This document shows, piece after piece, positions 1-10,628 of a stretch of DNA of 47,293 bases. The notes beneath the pieces were generated by a model. The model made no database searches, was not told the DNA's origin, and was given only the letters and a program-made list of their open reading frames with translations. The DNA is taken from assembly GCA_033764955.1 (NCBI GenBank), contig JANRIL010000013.1:1-47293 (forward strand), written 5' to 3'. The stretch comes from Cyanobacteriota bacterium. GTDB taxonomy: Bacteria; Cyanobacteriota; Cyanobacteriia; Thermostichales; Thermostichaceae. Position 1 is the stretch's first letter. Every line of letters begins with the position of its first letter. A program made the position numbers and the translations under genes.

Positions 1-191
1 GAAGGGGTATCTGTGAGTTGCAAAGATTGTGTGTCGATTTCGGGGGCATCCCAGCGTCTCGGAACGAGAAACCCCGCTCAATCCACACTCCTATCCCTCC
101 CCACCCACAAGGGGATGCGGTTTCCCGGAGTTACTCATGAAGCTCAGCTTTTTGCTATTTCCCCATCGTTATCGCTCTTGACTACCTCAAG

Positions 192-1937
192 TCATTCAGG
201 CTGCCTTAGTAAAGTTTGTATAGCTTGATGAGTTGACAGAAAAATATGGTTAGCACCAATGATCTCGACAAAACCAATGGACTTTAAGCGATCCATGACA
301 GGACCTTTGATTTCTGCGATTGAAAATGTCACCCCCATCTCCCGTAATTTTTCAATCAGTTTGATCAGAGACTCCAGGGCACTTGCATCAATGGCATTGA
401 TAGCACTACCAATTAACAACAAGTGCTTTACTTCTGGTTGCTCAATCACCTGTTGCAAAAGATAGTTTTCAAGATAGGCCGCATTTGCAAAAAATAAACT
501 TTCATCCACACGCACTGCCAGAATTTTGGGATAGGTAATCACCGCATGGCGTAAGCGATTACGGTAGTGTTCAGTACCAGGAACTTGTCCCACGATAGCG
601 ATATGGGGATGACTGCTCCGCCACAGAAACAACAACAAGGAAACCATGACCCCCAGACCAATGCCAGCTTCTACCCCCACCAGCCAAACCCCCAGAAAGG
701 TTGCCAGCCAAACCCCTGCATCCGCTCGGTCGTAGCGCCACAGATCAAGCAGGGGCTGAAACTGAATCAATCCCACTACAGCGACTAGAATAGTCGCCGC
801 CAAGGTCGCTTGGGGCAGCCAGAAGAAGAGCGGCATGAGGAGTAACACGGTCAAGGCCACCAATCCTGCGGTGATTAGGGAGGCCAAACCGGTATTGGCT
901 CCGGCAGCAAAGTTGACTGCTGAGCGGCTGATCCCACCCGTGACAGGAAATCCACCCGTTAAAGCAGCCGCCAGATTAGCAACTCCCAATCCCAATAGAT
1001 CCTGGTTGGGATCCACTTTTTGCCGTTTTTTACTGGCTAACGACTGACCCACCGCATAACTCTCGGTAAAGCTGACCAGACTGATTGTCAGGGCGATGGG
1101 GAGCAGCGCTCCCCAATCCTGCCAAGGCAGGATTGGGAAAGTGAGGGGTGGCCATCCTGCCGGAATGGATCCCACCACCGCAACCCCAAATCCGTCCGCC
1201 AGCCGTAATCCCCCCGCCAAAACCGTTGTGATGATCACCACCAACAAGGGGGCTGCTTTGCTGATGGGCAAGATCCAACCCGTAGGCACCCCCCAACGGC
1301 GCAGATGGCTGGACAGCTTAAAGTTGGCATAGAGCAGCAGGCTGATGGCTCCTAGCCCCAAAAGGAGGGTGGGTGGATTCACCTGATCCAGGCTGCCCCA
1401 GAGATCCCTGAGCAAGGCCAACACCGACTCGTGGTTAGGGATTTTCACCCCCAAGAGATGCTTAAGCTGACCAAGCGCAATCAAAATAGCGGAGGCAGTG
1501 GTGAAGGCGGAGATGACCGCATGGCTGAGAAAGTTGGCTACCCATCCCCACCGCAGCACACCCATCCCCACTTGGATCCCTCCCACCAGCAGAGCTAACC
1601 CCAAAGCCAGTTGTAGATAATGGGGGCTACCCACCTCCGCTAGCGGTTCTAAGCCTGCCGCCACCATGAGGGAGATCACCGCCACAGGGCCTACCGAAAG
1701 GGTGCGACTGGATCCCAACAAAGCATAGACCGCCAATGGAGCAATGCTGGCATACAGTCCCATCTGGGCAGGCAACCCCGCCAATAGGGCATAGGCCATA
1801 CTTTGTGGGACTAACATAATGCCTGCCACGATGCCCGCCATCACATCTCCTGGCCAATCCCTTGCTTGGTAGTGCAAGAGCCAGTCGGTAAAAGGCAAAT
1901 AGCGCCGCCACCCCATGCTGCCTGTTGGAACTCTCAT
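192..1937 (-). CDS. SulP family sulfate/anion permease with C-terminal STAS domain
   Basis: SulP motif [18 protein letters not shown], many hydrophobic segments, STAS-like [11 protein letters not shown] and IDASALESL. The ATG at 1937 overlaps the upstream stop (ATGA); the ORF track extends to 1991. Confidence 0.93.
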   Translation of the reverse strand: MRVPTGSMGWRRYLPFTDWLLHYQARDWPGDVMAGIVAGIMLVPQSMAYALLAGLPAQMGLYASIAPLAVYALLGSSRTLSVGPVAVISLMVAAGLEPLAEVGSPHYLQLALGLALLVGGIQVGMGVLRWGWVANFLSHAVISAFTTASAILIALGQLKHLLGVKIPNHESVLALLRDLWGSLDQVNPPTLLLGLGAISLLLYANFKLSSHLRRWGVPTGWILPISKAAPLLVVIITTVLAGGLRLADGFGVAVVGSIPAGWPPLTFPILPWQDWGALLPIALTISLVSFTESYAVGQSLASKKRQKVDPNQDLLGLGVANLAAALTGGFPVTGGISRSAVNFAAGANTGLASLITAGLVALTVLLLMPLFFWLPQATLAATILVAVVGLIQFQPLLDLWRYDRADAGVWLATFLGVWLVGVEAGIGLGVMVSLLLFLWRSSHPHIAIVGQVPGTEHYRNRLRHAVITYPKILAVRVDESLFFANAAYLENYLLQQVIEQPEVKHLLLIGSAINAIDASALESLIKLIEKLREMGVTFSIAEIKGPVMDRLKSIGFVEIIGANHIFLSTHQAIQTLLRQPE

Positions 1938-2520
1938 CGACGTTGACCTCGATTCCAGGGCATTTTGGCCAAGAGCATAGCCATACCACAAGTATTAGAA
2001 ATACCAGCCATGACTAAGCCTGCCCCCACAAATCCACTTAGCACTAGCCAAGCCGGACTGAGCCAAGCTCCCAGCAGCGTGCCCAACAGCACCAGGGATC
2101 CGGCACTGATCTGAACCTGCCGCATCAAACTGATGGGGGCATGAGCCTGGGTTCCACCGAATAGCCGGCCTCCTTCCAGGCATTCAGCCCACCTGCCAGG
2201 TGAAGGACTGGAGTTACTCCGGCCCGTATGAGGGTTTGGGCTGCTTGGTAAGAACGGTTTCCGGTTTGGCAATAAAGGACTCGCTTCTGGCCAGGTCGGG
2301 GGATCCCTATCGGATCCATCGGATCAAATGTGGAGAGGGGTTGATGAATTGCTCCAGCTATTCGCTCACCTGCAAATTCACCCGCTTCGCGGACATCAAT
2401 TAACAAGATGGATTCCTGCTCCATCCATTGCCGCAACGTGAGGGGATCGAGGGCGAGGATGGGTGGCTGGTCAGTTGGGGGCTGGGGGTGCCGAGACCAT
2501 TGAGTTTTCTGCAAAGACAT
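1934..2520 (-). pseudogene. Rhodanese + DUF2892 (YgaP-like) membrane sulfurtransferase, split by a 1-bp frameshift near 2152
   Basis: ORF 2125..2520 holds the rhodanese domain ([22 protein letters not shown]). ORF 1934..2272 holds the YgaP-type tail ([15 protein letters not shown]...FVGAGL...[14 protein letters not shown]). One extra base rejoins them. Could be a sequencing error. Confidence 0.8.
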
Positions 2521-2601
2521 GGGTAGCTCCTCGTAGGGATAAATTGGATGTAGGCAGATAGATACAGGGAGAGTCGAGATGAAAATAGACAGCGATCTGC
2601 C

Positions 2602-3318
2602 TTAGCGAGCAAGAGAAACTTGGCCGCACTGCTCATTGGCAGGCAGAGCCTCCTGGATCTTCTGGGGATTGGGCAAATGGAGGTTTGCCATGAGGGCAAT
2701 AAATTCTGAACGGGAGCGGAGTTGACCATTCGCTAAATCGATAAAGCGAGGATTCCAGCGCTTTTCTTCGCCAATGGTAGAAACTGTCTGCCCCTTGTAG
2801 TCATGCCCCGGATAAACCAAAGTGTGATCCGGTAGATTAAACAAGCGATTCGTTACATGGTCATAGAGTAAACCTGCATCCCCACTTTGAAAATCGGTAC
2901 GCCCGCAGCCACGAATCAGTAGGGCATCTCCCGTTAAAACCGCCTGCTTATCGACTCGATAGCTCATGTGGCTATCCGTATGCCCTAGGGTCGAGATGGC
3001 TTCTATTTCCACAGAACCCAGAGATAAAACATCCCCATGACCTATAAAGCGATCGGCACAAGTGACGTTTGCTCCCATTGGTACAACCCCTTGACATCCG
3101 GTTACTGCCCGCAATTGTCCGGTACCTGTCACATGATCAGCATGGACATGAGTCTCCAGACAAAACCGTAACGTCAGCCCTAATTCCCGAATCCATTGCT
3201 GATCCCGATCAACTTGCGCCAAAACGGGGTCAACCAAAAGCGCTTCCTTGCTGACGGGATCCCCAAGCAAGTAAGTATAAGTGCCCGATTCGCGATCAAA
3301 GAATTGACGAAATATCAT
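2602..3318 (-). CDS. MBL-fold persulfide dioxygenase (ETHE1/PDO-like)
   Basis: MIFRQFFD..SGTYTYLL start, THVHADH, GHT, TGDALLIRGCGRTDFQ, YPGHDY, NPR motifs. ATG at 3318. Confidence 0.9.
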   Translation of the reverse strand: MIFRQFFDRESGTYTYLLGDPVSKEALLVDPVLAQVDRDQQWIRELGLTLRFCLETHVHADHVTGTGQLRAVTGCQGVVPMGANVTCADRFIGHGDVLSLGSVEIEAISTLGHTDSHMSYRVDKQAVLTGDALLIRGCGRTDFQSGDAGLLYDHVTNRLFNLPDHTLVYPGHDYKGQTVSTIGEEKRWNPRFIDLANGQLRSRSEFIALMANLHLPNPQKIQEALPANEQCGQVSLAR

Positions 3319-3377
3319 GAGAACTCTCCTGCTAGAGCAGCGACAATTGTGGCCAATCACGATCTCAATAAACTAAC

Positions 3378-3399
3378 TATATAACCATTTAGTTATATA
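3378..3399. promoter_or_regulatory. Inverted repeat TATATAAC-N6-GTTATATA, probable ArsR-family operator
   Basis: Perfect 8-bp inverted repeat in the AT-rich spacer between the divergent PDO and ArsR genes. Confidence 0.65.
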
Positions 3400-3448
3400 A
3401 TCAATACTATAACTTTCCGTCAAACTTAATCCGGTCAAGGAATGAACG

Positions 3449-3808
3449 ATGGCAGATCTATCCCCGCGAATGTTGGCCAACGTCGCCGACTATTTCAAAG
3501 TGTTGTCTGAGGTGAGCCGCCTGCAAATTTTGTGTGAGTTACGCACAGGTGGCAAGAATGTTAGTGAGATCATGCAAGCCACAGGAATGGGGCAGGCTAA
3601 CCTCTCTAAACACCTCAAGGTGTTGACCCAAGCTGGCATTGTTTCTCGGCAGCCGCGGGGAGTTAACGTCTTTTATGAAATCACGGATCCCGTCTGCTTA
3701 GAGATCTGTGAAATAGTCTGCCAGCAATTGATCGCACAGATTAGCCAGCAGTATCAGCAATGGCAAGGGATCCACAGCCTGGGAGAAGCTCCCCAGAAGG
3801 CGTTATAG
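3449..3808 (+). CDS. ArsR/SmtB family transcriptional repressor (BigR/SqrR-like candidate)
   Basis: FKVLSEVSRLQIL, QANLSKHLKVL..AGIV winged HTH; Cys29, Cys83, Cys87, Cys91. Confidence 0.9.
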   Translation: MADLSPRMLANVADYFKVLSEVSRLQILCELRTGGKNVSEIMQATGMGQANLSKHLKVLTQAGIVSRQPRGVNVFYEITDPVCLEICEIVCQQLIAQISQQYQQWQGIHSLGEAPQKAL

Positions 3809-5350
3809 CTCCCCGATAGCTCGTTGCAATTGGCTCAAGGCTCGGTTGTAGCCAATAATGGCGCTGGAGAGGTTGCCACGGGCGCGGGTGAGCGCCGTTT
3901 CGGCACTGATTACATCGGTTTGGGTGCCCACGCCCGCCTGAAAACGCAGGCGAGCTAGGCGCAAGCTTTCTTCTGCTGAGACAATCGCCGTTTTGGAGGA
4001 CTCAATCTGCTCCCGACTGGAGTTAAGGGTAAGAAAGGCATCTTCCACTCCCCGTTGAATTTCATTGCGGGCTTGATCAAACTGACTGATGGCAATATCT
4101 CCATCCACATCAAAACCTCGCTTTTGAGCAGCGGCAGCCCCCCCATCAAAGTAGGTGACGCTGAAATTAGCTCCTGCCGAATAGCCCACATCAAAGCTGT
4201 CATCAATTTGCAGGTTATAGCCGGTATCAAAGGTGGCAAACAGGCTGACCTGCGGCTTGTTGGCGGCTAGGGCATTGATGGCTTGGTCTTTGGCTCGTTG
4301 TAAGGTGCGTCGCTGCACTTCCAGAGCTTGCCGATTGGCAAAGGCTGCCACAATGGTTTCTTCTAAGCTAAGATCCCATGCCCCGAAGGGTTGAATCGGA
4401 TCGGTGGCGGTGACATCGGTAGGACTGGCAAAGTTCAGCAATTCCGCTAGGCGGCGACGACTTAACTGTTGGGTGTTTTGGGCGCTGATCAAAGATTGTT
4501 GGTTATTGGCTAGCTCGGTTTCCGCCTGCAACACATCAAAACGAGTGCCTAATCCGGCTTGTTCTCGAACCTGAGCATCTTTTAAGCTGGCTTCGGAGTT
4601 GGCAACGGCGGCTTGGTTGATGGCGACCTGGGCATTGGAGTTTTGCAAATCGTAGTAGGCGGAGGCCACACTGAGGCGAACCGTTTGAATAGTTTCGGCC
4701 AATTCCAGTTGAGCAATAGTCAGAGATTCCTGGGCGGCTTGGGTAGCACTATCCCGCAGCCCGCCATCTAAAACCGTATAGTCCACCCGTAAGGGAGTAG
4801 AAGAAAGGCTGCTGGAATCTCCTGACTGCGGATTGCCCTGATCGGGCGGCTGACTATAGGTATAGCGGCTACTGCCGGATAGGGTAAGTGAATAGGCCGC
4901 GCGGGCTTGATCCAGGCTGGTTTGGGCGCGGATTACGGCTAATTCGGCTTGGCGAATGGAGGGGTTATTCTGGCTGGCCAGATCGAGCGCCGCTTGCAGG
5001 GACAACCCTTGGGTGGTGACAATTCGTACTTCTAGGGGGCTATCGGGCACAACCAGTTGTTCAGCCGTTGGCGTGGGACTGATGGAAGGGCTGGGGACAT
5101 CCGCCGGGATCCCCAGTTGGGGGGGGGGAGGAGGCAGGGTAATATCCCCAGAGGGGAGGGCGGGATCCCCGGATGTCGTCTCTTCGGGGGAAGGGGTCTC
5201 GGTGGGAGTCAGGGTGGGCTGCGGGGAGGGAGCAGGGCTAGATTGGGCGAACAGGGGATCCCCTGCCATCCATGTGGTCAAGACCAGCCCCGCCACAAGC
5301 AGGGGTTGCAGATGACCTGACCAAGACGGTTGCTGATCCAGAGGTTTCAT
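3803..5350 (-). CDS. TolC family outer membrane efflux protein (HgdD-like)
   Basis: Signal peptide, Pro/Ser-rich linker, two OEP repeats (AGLGTRFDVLQAE; ARLRFQAGVGTQTDVISAE). Start uncertain (5350 or 5377). Confidence 0.9.
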   Translation of the reverse strand: MKPLDQQPSWSGHLQPLLVAGLVLTTWMAGDPLFAQSSPAPSPQPTLTPTETPSPEETTSGDPALPSGDITLPPPPPQLGIPADVPSPSISPTPTAEQLVVPDSPLEVRIVTTQGLSLQAALDLASQNNPSIRQAELAVIRAQTSLDQARAAYSLTLSGSSRYTYSQPPDQGNPQSGDSSSLSSTPLRVDYTVLDGGLRDSATQAAQESLTIAQLELAETIQTVRLSVASAYYDLQNSNAQVAINQAAVANSEASLKDAQVREQAGLGTRFDVLQAETELANNQQSLISAQNTQQLSRRRLAELLNFASPTDVTATDPIQPFGAWDLSLEETIVAAFANRQALEVQRRTLQRAKDQAINALAANKPQVSLFATFDTGYNLQIDDSFDVGYSAGANFSVTYFDGGAAAAQKRGFDVDGDIAISQFDQARNEIQRGVEDAFLTLNSSREQIESSKTAIVSAEESLRLARLRFQAGVGTQTDVISAETALTRARGNLSSAIIGYNRALSQLQRAIGEL

Positions 5351-5501
5351 GGGTAGTCCCGCAACTTTTCTCAACATCTCCTATTAACACATACCGCAGA
5401 GTGGGTCACTAAATATAGACTCTTTTCAGCATCCACTAGCTCCCGATTCCACACTTACCCCTTTTTCTAAGCTTTTCTAACCCTTTTTTGAGCAAGACCC
5501 T

Positions 5502-6995
5502 ATGCAGGTTGACCTTCAGAACATTGATAAATGGTTTGGGGCGGTTCATGCCAATCAGCAGGTGACGCTGCGGGTGGCGGCGGGAGCTATCCACGGCTTG
5601 TTGGGGGAAAACGGAGCCGGCAAAAGTACTCTGGTTAAAATTTTAAGCGGATTTGTCCGGCGGGATGGAGGGCAGATTTTGCTCAACCAGCGGGCGGTTG
5701 ATATTCGTAGTCCGGCGCAAGCCATCCGCTTGGGCATTGGCATGTTGCACCAAGATCCGCTAGATTTTCCTTCCCTGACCGTACTGGAAAATTTTTTGGC
5801 GGGACAGCCGGGATCCCTTTTTCTCAACTATCAGCAATCGGCTCAACGCTTGGTGGATTGGGCCAGGGAGTTTCATTTTGAGTTGCCCCCTCAGCAGCGG
5901 GTGGCGGATCTGACGGTGGGAGAACGCCAGCAGTTGGAACTGATCCGCCTCTTATCTCTGGGGGTGCAGACGCTCATTCTGGATGAACCGACCACGGGTA
6001 TTACAGCCTCCCAAAAGACCCTGCTTTTTGAGGCGCTGCGGCGGCTAGCCCACCAGGGCAAGTCGGTGATCTTTGTCTCCCACAAACTAGAAGACGTCGA
6101 GCAACTATGTCATCGGGTAACCGTGATGCGGCAGGGATCCGTTGTGGGGGAACTGGGGATCCCCACAGCCTCCGCCACGCTGATTGACCTGATGTTTGGG
6201 CGAGCCTTGCCCCCTCCCCTCAAACCCCCCACTCGGCAACCGATCCCCCTGCTCTGCCTCAAAAATACCGTTTTGCAGAATAGCCAATCGCCGTTACCGA
6301 TTCCCGATTTCACCCTCCAGCAGGGAGAAGTAATCGGATTGGCAGGAGTGGAAGGGAGTGGGCAACAGCGGCTTCTGCTCCATCTGGCGGGGCTATCTCC
6401 GGCTGTCTCCGGCAGCCTGTATGTCGGCGATCTCGATCTCAGCCAGCAGCCCTACTTGGCCTTTGGGCGGGCAGGGATCGTCTATTCTCCCGCCGACCGC
6501 TTGCAGGAGGGTCTGATTCGCGGGTTATCCATTCATGAGCACTTTTTGTTAAAGGATCCCCAACGGGGGTGGCGGATACGCTGGCAAGCCACCCTTGCCA
6601 CCACACAAGCTGCCCTCGCCCACTTCAAGATTCGCGGACAGGTTCACAGTCGAGTAGAGCACCTATCCGGTGGCAACCAGCAACGGACGCAACTGGCTCT
6701 TTTGCCCGACTCATGGCGACTATTAGTGATGGAACATCCCACCCGTGGTCTCGACATCGAATCGGCGCAGTGGATCTGGCAGCAGTTGATCGAGCGATGT
6801 CGTCAGGGATCCGCCATCATTTTTGCCTCCAGTGATCTCGACGAAATCATGCAATACAGCGACCGCGTCATGGTCTTTAGTGGCGGGCAGGTCTCGCCTC
6901 CTCTCCCCGTCGAGAGCCTGACGGTGAACCGTTTGGGGGAACTGATCGGCGGCAAGTTCGAGGAACCTGCGATACTGGAGAAAGATGCGGTTTGA
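5502..6995 (+). CDS. Sugar/nucleoside (CUT2-type) ABC transporter ATP-binding protein, two fused NBDs
   Basis: GENGAGKST, LILDEPT, SHKL; degenerate second NBD with LSGGNQQ and EHPTRGLD. Confidence 0.9.
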   Translation: MQVDLQNIDKWFGAVHANQQVTLRVAAGAIHGLLGENGAGKSTLVKILSGFVRRDGGQILLNQRAVDIRSPAQAIRLGIGMLHQDPLDFPSLTVLENFLAGQPGSLFLNYQQSAQRLVDWAREFHFELPPQQRVADLTVGERQQLELIRLLSLGVQTLILDEPTTGITASQKTLLFEALRRLAHQGKSVIFVSHKLEDVEQLCHRVTVMRQGSVVGELGIPTASATLIDLMFGRALPPPLKPPTRQPIPLLCLKNTVLQNSQSPLPIPDFTLQQGEVIGLAGVEGSGQQRLLLHLAGLSPAVSGSLYVGDLDLSQQPYLAFGRAGIVYSPADRLQEGLIRGLSIHEHFLLKDPQRGWRIRWQATLATTQAALAHFKIRGQVHSRVEHLSGGNQQRTQLALLPDSWRLLVMEHPTRGLDIESAQWIWQQLIERCRQGSAIIFASSDLDEIMQYSDRVMVFSGGQVSPPLPVESLTVNRLGELIGGKFEEPAILEKDAV

Positions 6996-7163
6996 TCAGG
7001 CTGGCTTCGTCCGGTTGCCCCCTCCCTTGGCTGGGTTCTCGTTCCTGAGACTATCCCCTTGCCACCCCTCCCCTGAGTCGGATCCCTGAGCAGATACATC
7101 CCAATCCTACTGAATACTGACTTCTGAATACTATTGATCTCATTGATCTCACTTGGAATCATC

Positions 7164-7433
7164 ATGTACACGATTGAACTGGTGTTGAAAGGAAATCCGG
7201 CGGTCTTGGCGGTGCAACAGAAGGAGGAAGCTGCCGCCAACGAGCTTTACCAAAAACTGACAGCCGCCCTACAAAAAGGGGATCCCGCCCCGCTTGAGAT
7301 CACCTGCGACCGCACTGGCAAAAAAGTATTTGTACTGGGCAGCGAACTGTCCGCTGTGCAGATCACCCCCAAGGCAGGATCCAGTAGTGGTGCGGGCGCT
7401 CGCCCCGGTTTTTTGGCTCAAGTGGAGGGATAA
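7164..7433 (+). CDS. Conserved small cyanobacterial protein (UPF0367-like)
   Basis: MYTIELVLKGNP..LAVQQKE...LEITCD..K...PGF pattern as recalled for UPF0367; lies directly upstream of an ABC ATPase. Confidence 0.65.
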   Translation: MYTIELVLKGNPAVLAVQQKEEAAANELYQKLTAALQKGDPAPLEITCDRTGKKVFVLGSELSAVQITPKAGSSSGAGARPGFLAQVEG

Positions 7434-7445
7434 CGCAACGCCACA

Positions 7446-8159
7446 ATGACCTTGGGATCCCCTGTAAGCAACGCCACTTTTGCGATTGCCGTCCACAATC
7501 TCACCTTTTCCTGGCCGGATCGCCCCCCCATCCTGGATCACTGCCACCTGCATGTGCCCCCCGGACAGCTATGGATGCTGCTCGGCCCCAATGGAGGCGG
7601 GAAGTCTACGCTGCTCCAGCTTTTGGGGGGATTGTTGCCCCCCCCAACTGCGGCCTCTCTGCACGTGCAAGCCCCCATTGGATTTGTCTTTCAAAATCCG
7701 GATCACCAGTTGGTCATGCCCACGGTCGGAGCGGATGTGGCTTTTGGGCTGGCGGAGGAGGATCTTCCGCTGCCGATAGTACATGAACGGGTGGAAGAAG
7801 CCCTCGCCCAAGTGGGACTATTGCCCCTGATCCGCCGCCCTATCCATGCTTTGAGTGGTGGACAGAAACAACGGGTGGCGGTGGCTGGTGCTCTGGCTCG
7901 TCATAGCCGTGTTCTGCTCTTGGATGAACCCACCGCCCTTCTGGATCCCGATAGCCAACTGGAATTGGTGCGGCAAATTCGTCAACTGGTGGATCGCTCC
8001 GGCCTGACCGCCCTCTGGATCACCCACCGCCTCAACGAACTGGAGTGGGCGGATGCCGCTGTCTTTTTGGCAGAAGGGCAGGTTGTGCAACAGGGATCCC
8101 CCAGCCACGTTCGTCACTACGCTCAGACCTGGTTTCGTCAAGCCGCCAGCAAACCCTAA
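7446..8159 (+). CDS. ECF/CbiO-type ABC ATP-binding protein
   Basis: GPNGGGKST, VFQNPDHQ, DVAFGL, LSGGQKQR, LLLDEPT, ITH. Confidence 0.9.
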   Translation: MTLGSPVSNATFAIAVHNLTFSWPDRPPILDHCHLHVPPGQLWMLLGPNGGGKSTLLQLLGGLLPPPTAASLHVQAPIGFVFQNPDHQLVMPTVGADVAFGLAEEDLPLPIVHERVEEALAQVGLLPLIRRPIHALSGGQKQRVAVAGALARHSRVLLLDEPTALLDPDSQLELVRQIRQLVDRSGLTALWITHRLNELEWADAAVFLAEGQVVQQGSPSHVRHYAQTWFRQAASKP

Positions 8160-8552
8160 CTTTTATCCCCTCCGACCCTTAGATCGTTATGTTTTCGCCA
8201 CATAGACTACCCAATAGTTTTCAACAGTTGGAATTTCTGCGATCAATCCCCTTCAATAATCGGGGATCGGCTCCTATGGCAATCCTATGAGAGTCGAGAG
8301 AGCTAAAGATCTCCTAGGGATCCCTCTCGGGCATCCCCCCTTAGCGAGGGGAACTTGGGGGGATCGGTTTTCACCCCTGCCTCTGAGGATCTTAAAACTT
8401 TCCCCAACCTACTGGTCTGAAGGTTTCAGGTTGGACACTCTCCGCCAGAGAAGCACTAGAATAGAGGAGTCAAAGTACGTATCGAAATGGTTGTCAGTTG
8501 TTGCGCTATGGTTGACCTAGCCCAGCAATATTTACCCAAGGAGTCAAAATTC

Positions 8553-8765
8553 ATGGGATTAACTGAAGTTGTTGCCAAAGAATTAGAAAACGCTCGCTCC
8601 ATTTGTTCAGAGTTTGGCGAAGGGGATCCCCATTGCCGTGCCGCTTGGGATGCCGTGGAAGAAGTCCTCGCGGCTCGCAGCCATCAGCCAACCAAGCCCA
8701 ATAGCTTGGAGCAGCACTGTGCCGAAAATCCTGATGCCGTTGAGTGCCGCCTTTACGACAACTAA
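8553..8765 (+). CDS. cp12: Calvin cycle regulatory protein CP12
   Basis: C-x9-C pair, AWDAVEE core, C-terminal CAENPDAVECRLYD; AAGGAG RBS upstream of the ATG at 8553. Confidence 0.93.
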   Translation: MGLTEVVAKELENARSICSEFGEGDPHCRAAWDAVEEVLAARSHQPTKPNSLEQHCAENPDAVECRLYDN

Positions 8766-9012
8766 CCCTCCCGCCGCTGCCCCTCTGGGATCCCTCTACG
8801 GTTGGGCAACTCCCTTCAGCCCTCCCCTTCAATAGCGGTTCAGTAAAAATCTCTTTTTTCCCAAGCCAACGGGGTTTCTCCATCTAGCTTGGGATTTTTT
8901 TGCCTTGCTGGCCATTTTGGCTTAGGGTGAATAGCAGAAGTTAGGGATCCCCACCTCTCCTCTCCCTGGAGATTTTGACTTGTCTTCGCTACATTTGCTG
9001 TGAGGTAGTGTC

Positions 9013-9462
9013 ATGCTGCTGATTGGTTCTGGTCAAGGGTTTGTGCGTGATCTGGAAAAGCTGGGGTCGTTGGGCATGATGGTTCCTCCAGAGGGGGGCT
9101 CCGAAGGGCACTACCAGCGGCGCTTGCGGGGGGCAGGTTATGGAGTGGTCACCCTTTCAGCCAAAGGGATCGGTGATCTCACCAGCTTCTTGACCCGTAC
9201 CCACGGGGTGCGCCCCCCCCACGTCGGCAAATCGGAGCGACGCACCTACTACTTCCCTCCTCTTTTGGAGCAGCACTTCCAAACCTTACCCCCCTCCGCC
9301 AAAGGAATTGTGTTCTGGTTTTACGAGGGGCATGTGTTTACCCAGCAGGAACTAGCCTATCTAGTGCGCTTGGCAAACCAAGACAAACGGGTTAAGTTTG
9401 TCGTAGAGATCGCCAGAGATCGGCGGGTCAGTTGGCAGCCCCTTTTACCGGCTACCGCCTAG
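9013..9462 (+). CDS. ndhN: NAD(P)H-quinone oxidoreductase subunit N
   Basis: FVRDLEK.GSLG..PPEGG.EG.YQRRLR, HGVRPPHVGK. Confidence 0.92.
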   Translation: MLLIGSGQGFVRDLEKLGSLGMMVPPEGGSEGHYQRRLRGAGYGVVTLSAKGIGDLTSFLTRTHGVRPPHVGKSERRTYYFPPLLEQHFQTLPPSAKGIVFWFYEGHVFTQQELAYLVRLANQDKRVKFVVEIARDRRVSWQPLLPATA

Positions 9463-9576
9463 TTCTTCCCGTTTTTCCCCATGGATCCGAGCGTTACCCC
9501 CTACTGGGGATCCGATTTCTCTCTCCCCTATCCCCTATCTGCTTGATGAGTCACCTCCTGCTCCTCCTGAGCAGCT

Positions 9577-10590
9577 TTGCCAGTGAGTCTAGCCCTTCAA
9601 TCTCTGCAACAAGGCACCTGGGTCAAGCTGATCTGTGGAGCCAGTTTTCACCATTTGCCTTCGATCAGTAATTTAGCCCTCATCTATACACTGGCGGGGG
9701 TGGATTGTATTGATTTGGCGGCGGATCCAGCGGTGGTCAAAGCCGCTCAACAGGGGATCACCTGGGCAAAAACCCTCCGACCCGATGTGGGGATCCCTCT
9801 GCTGATGGCTAGTTTCCATGACGGGGAGGATCCCCACTTTCGCAAAGCTCGGCTGCTGGATAGTTACTGTCCCCCCAATTGCCCTCAGCCCTGTCTGCGG
9901 GTCTGTCCCCCCCAAGCCATCCAAACCCAGCCATCTACCTACCAAGTCTCCATCCAAACCGATCTTTGCTATGGCTGTGGGCGCTGTCAGCCCGTCTGCC
10001 CCCACCAACTCATTGGGACAGAAGGCTATCACCTGGCCGCCGATCGTCTGCTCCCGCCCCTACTCGCCGTCGGTATCCGTGCCCTGGAAATTCACACCCA
10101 ACCGGGACGACTCGCTGAATTTCAGCAGCTCTGGCAACACCTACAACCCTGGCTTAGACAACTGCATCTCCTCTCGATTAGTTGCCCCGATGGAGCCGAT
10201 TTGGTTGCCTACTTGGGATCCCTACTGACCCTCATGCAACCTGCCGATCCTCCCCCCCTGATCTGGCAAACCGACGGACGCCCGATGAGTGGAGACATCG
10301 GGGCAGGCACCACCAAGGCAACCCTACGCTTGGCACAAAAGGTCGCCCAGATGGGATTGCCTGGATATATTCAATTAGCAGGAGGAACCAACGCCGCCAC
10401 CCTTCCCCAGATAAAATCAGACGTGGAGATTGCTGGGATTGCCTATGGTAGCTATGCCCGTCAATTGGTAGCTTTTGCCGCTGATCATCCCAACCTGTTG
10501 GCTGAAGCTGATCTTTTGCAAGAGGCAATTGATCAGGCCAGCCGCTTAATTGCCCCGGTTAAATCCAGAGAATACCGCCCTCACTCTTAA
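9577..10590 (+). CDS. ldpA: Circadian input Fe-S protein LdpA
   Basis: [17 protein letters not shown], two Cys clusters ([26 protein letters not shown]), [20 protein letters not shown]. Start may be the GTG at 9583. Confidence 0.93.
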   Translation: MPVSLALQSLQQGTWVKLICGASFHHLPSISNLALIYTLAGVDCIDLAADPAVVKAAQQGITWAKTLRPDVGIPLLMASFHDGEDPHFRKARLLDSYCPPNCPQPCLRVCPPQAIQTQPSTYQVSIQTDLCYGCGRCQPVCPHQLIGTEGYHLAADRLLPPLLAVGIRALEIHTQPGRLAEFQQLWQHLQPWLRQLHLLSISCPDGADLVAYLGSLLTLMQPADPPPLIWQTDGRPMSGDIGAGTTKATLRLAQKVAQMGLPGYIQLAGGTNAATLPQIKSDVEIAGIAYGSYARQLVAFAADHPNLLAEADLLQEAIDQASRLIAPVKSREYRPHS

Positions 10591-10628
10591 TTGGTAGCCC
10601 CTTTCGACCTTCTACCCCTGCCGGAACC

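Noticed and set aside
2140..2165. Programmed ribosomal frameshift in the rhodanese gene
   Set aside because: No X-XXY-YYZ slippery heptamer or clear stimulator; a point deletion or sequencing error is simpler.
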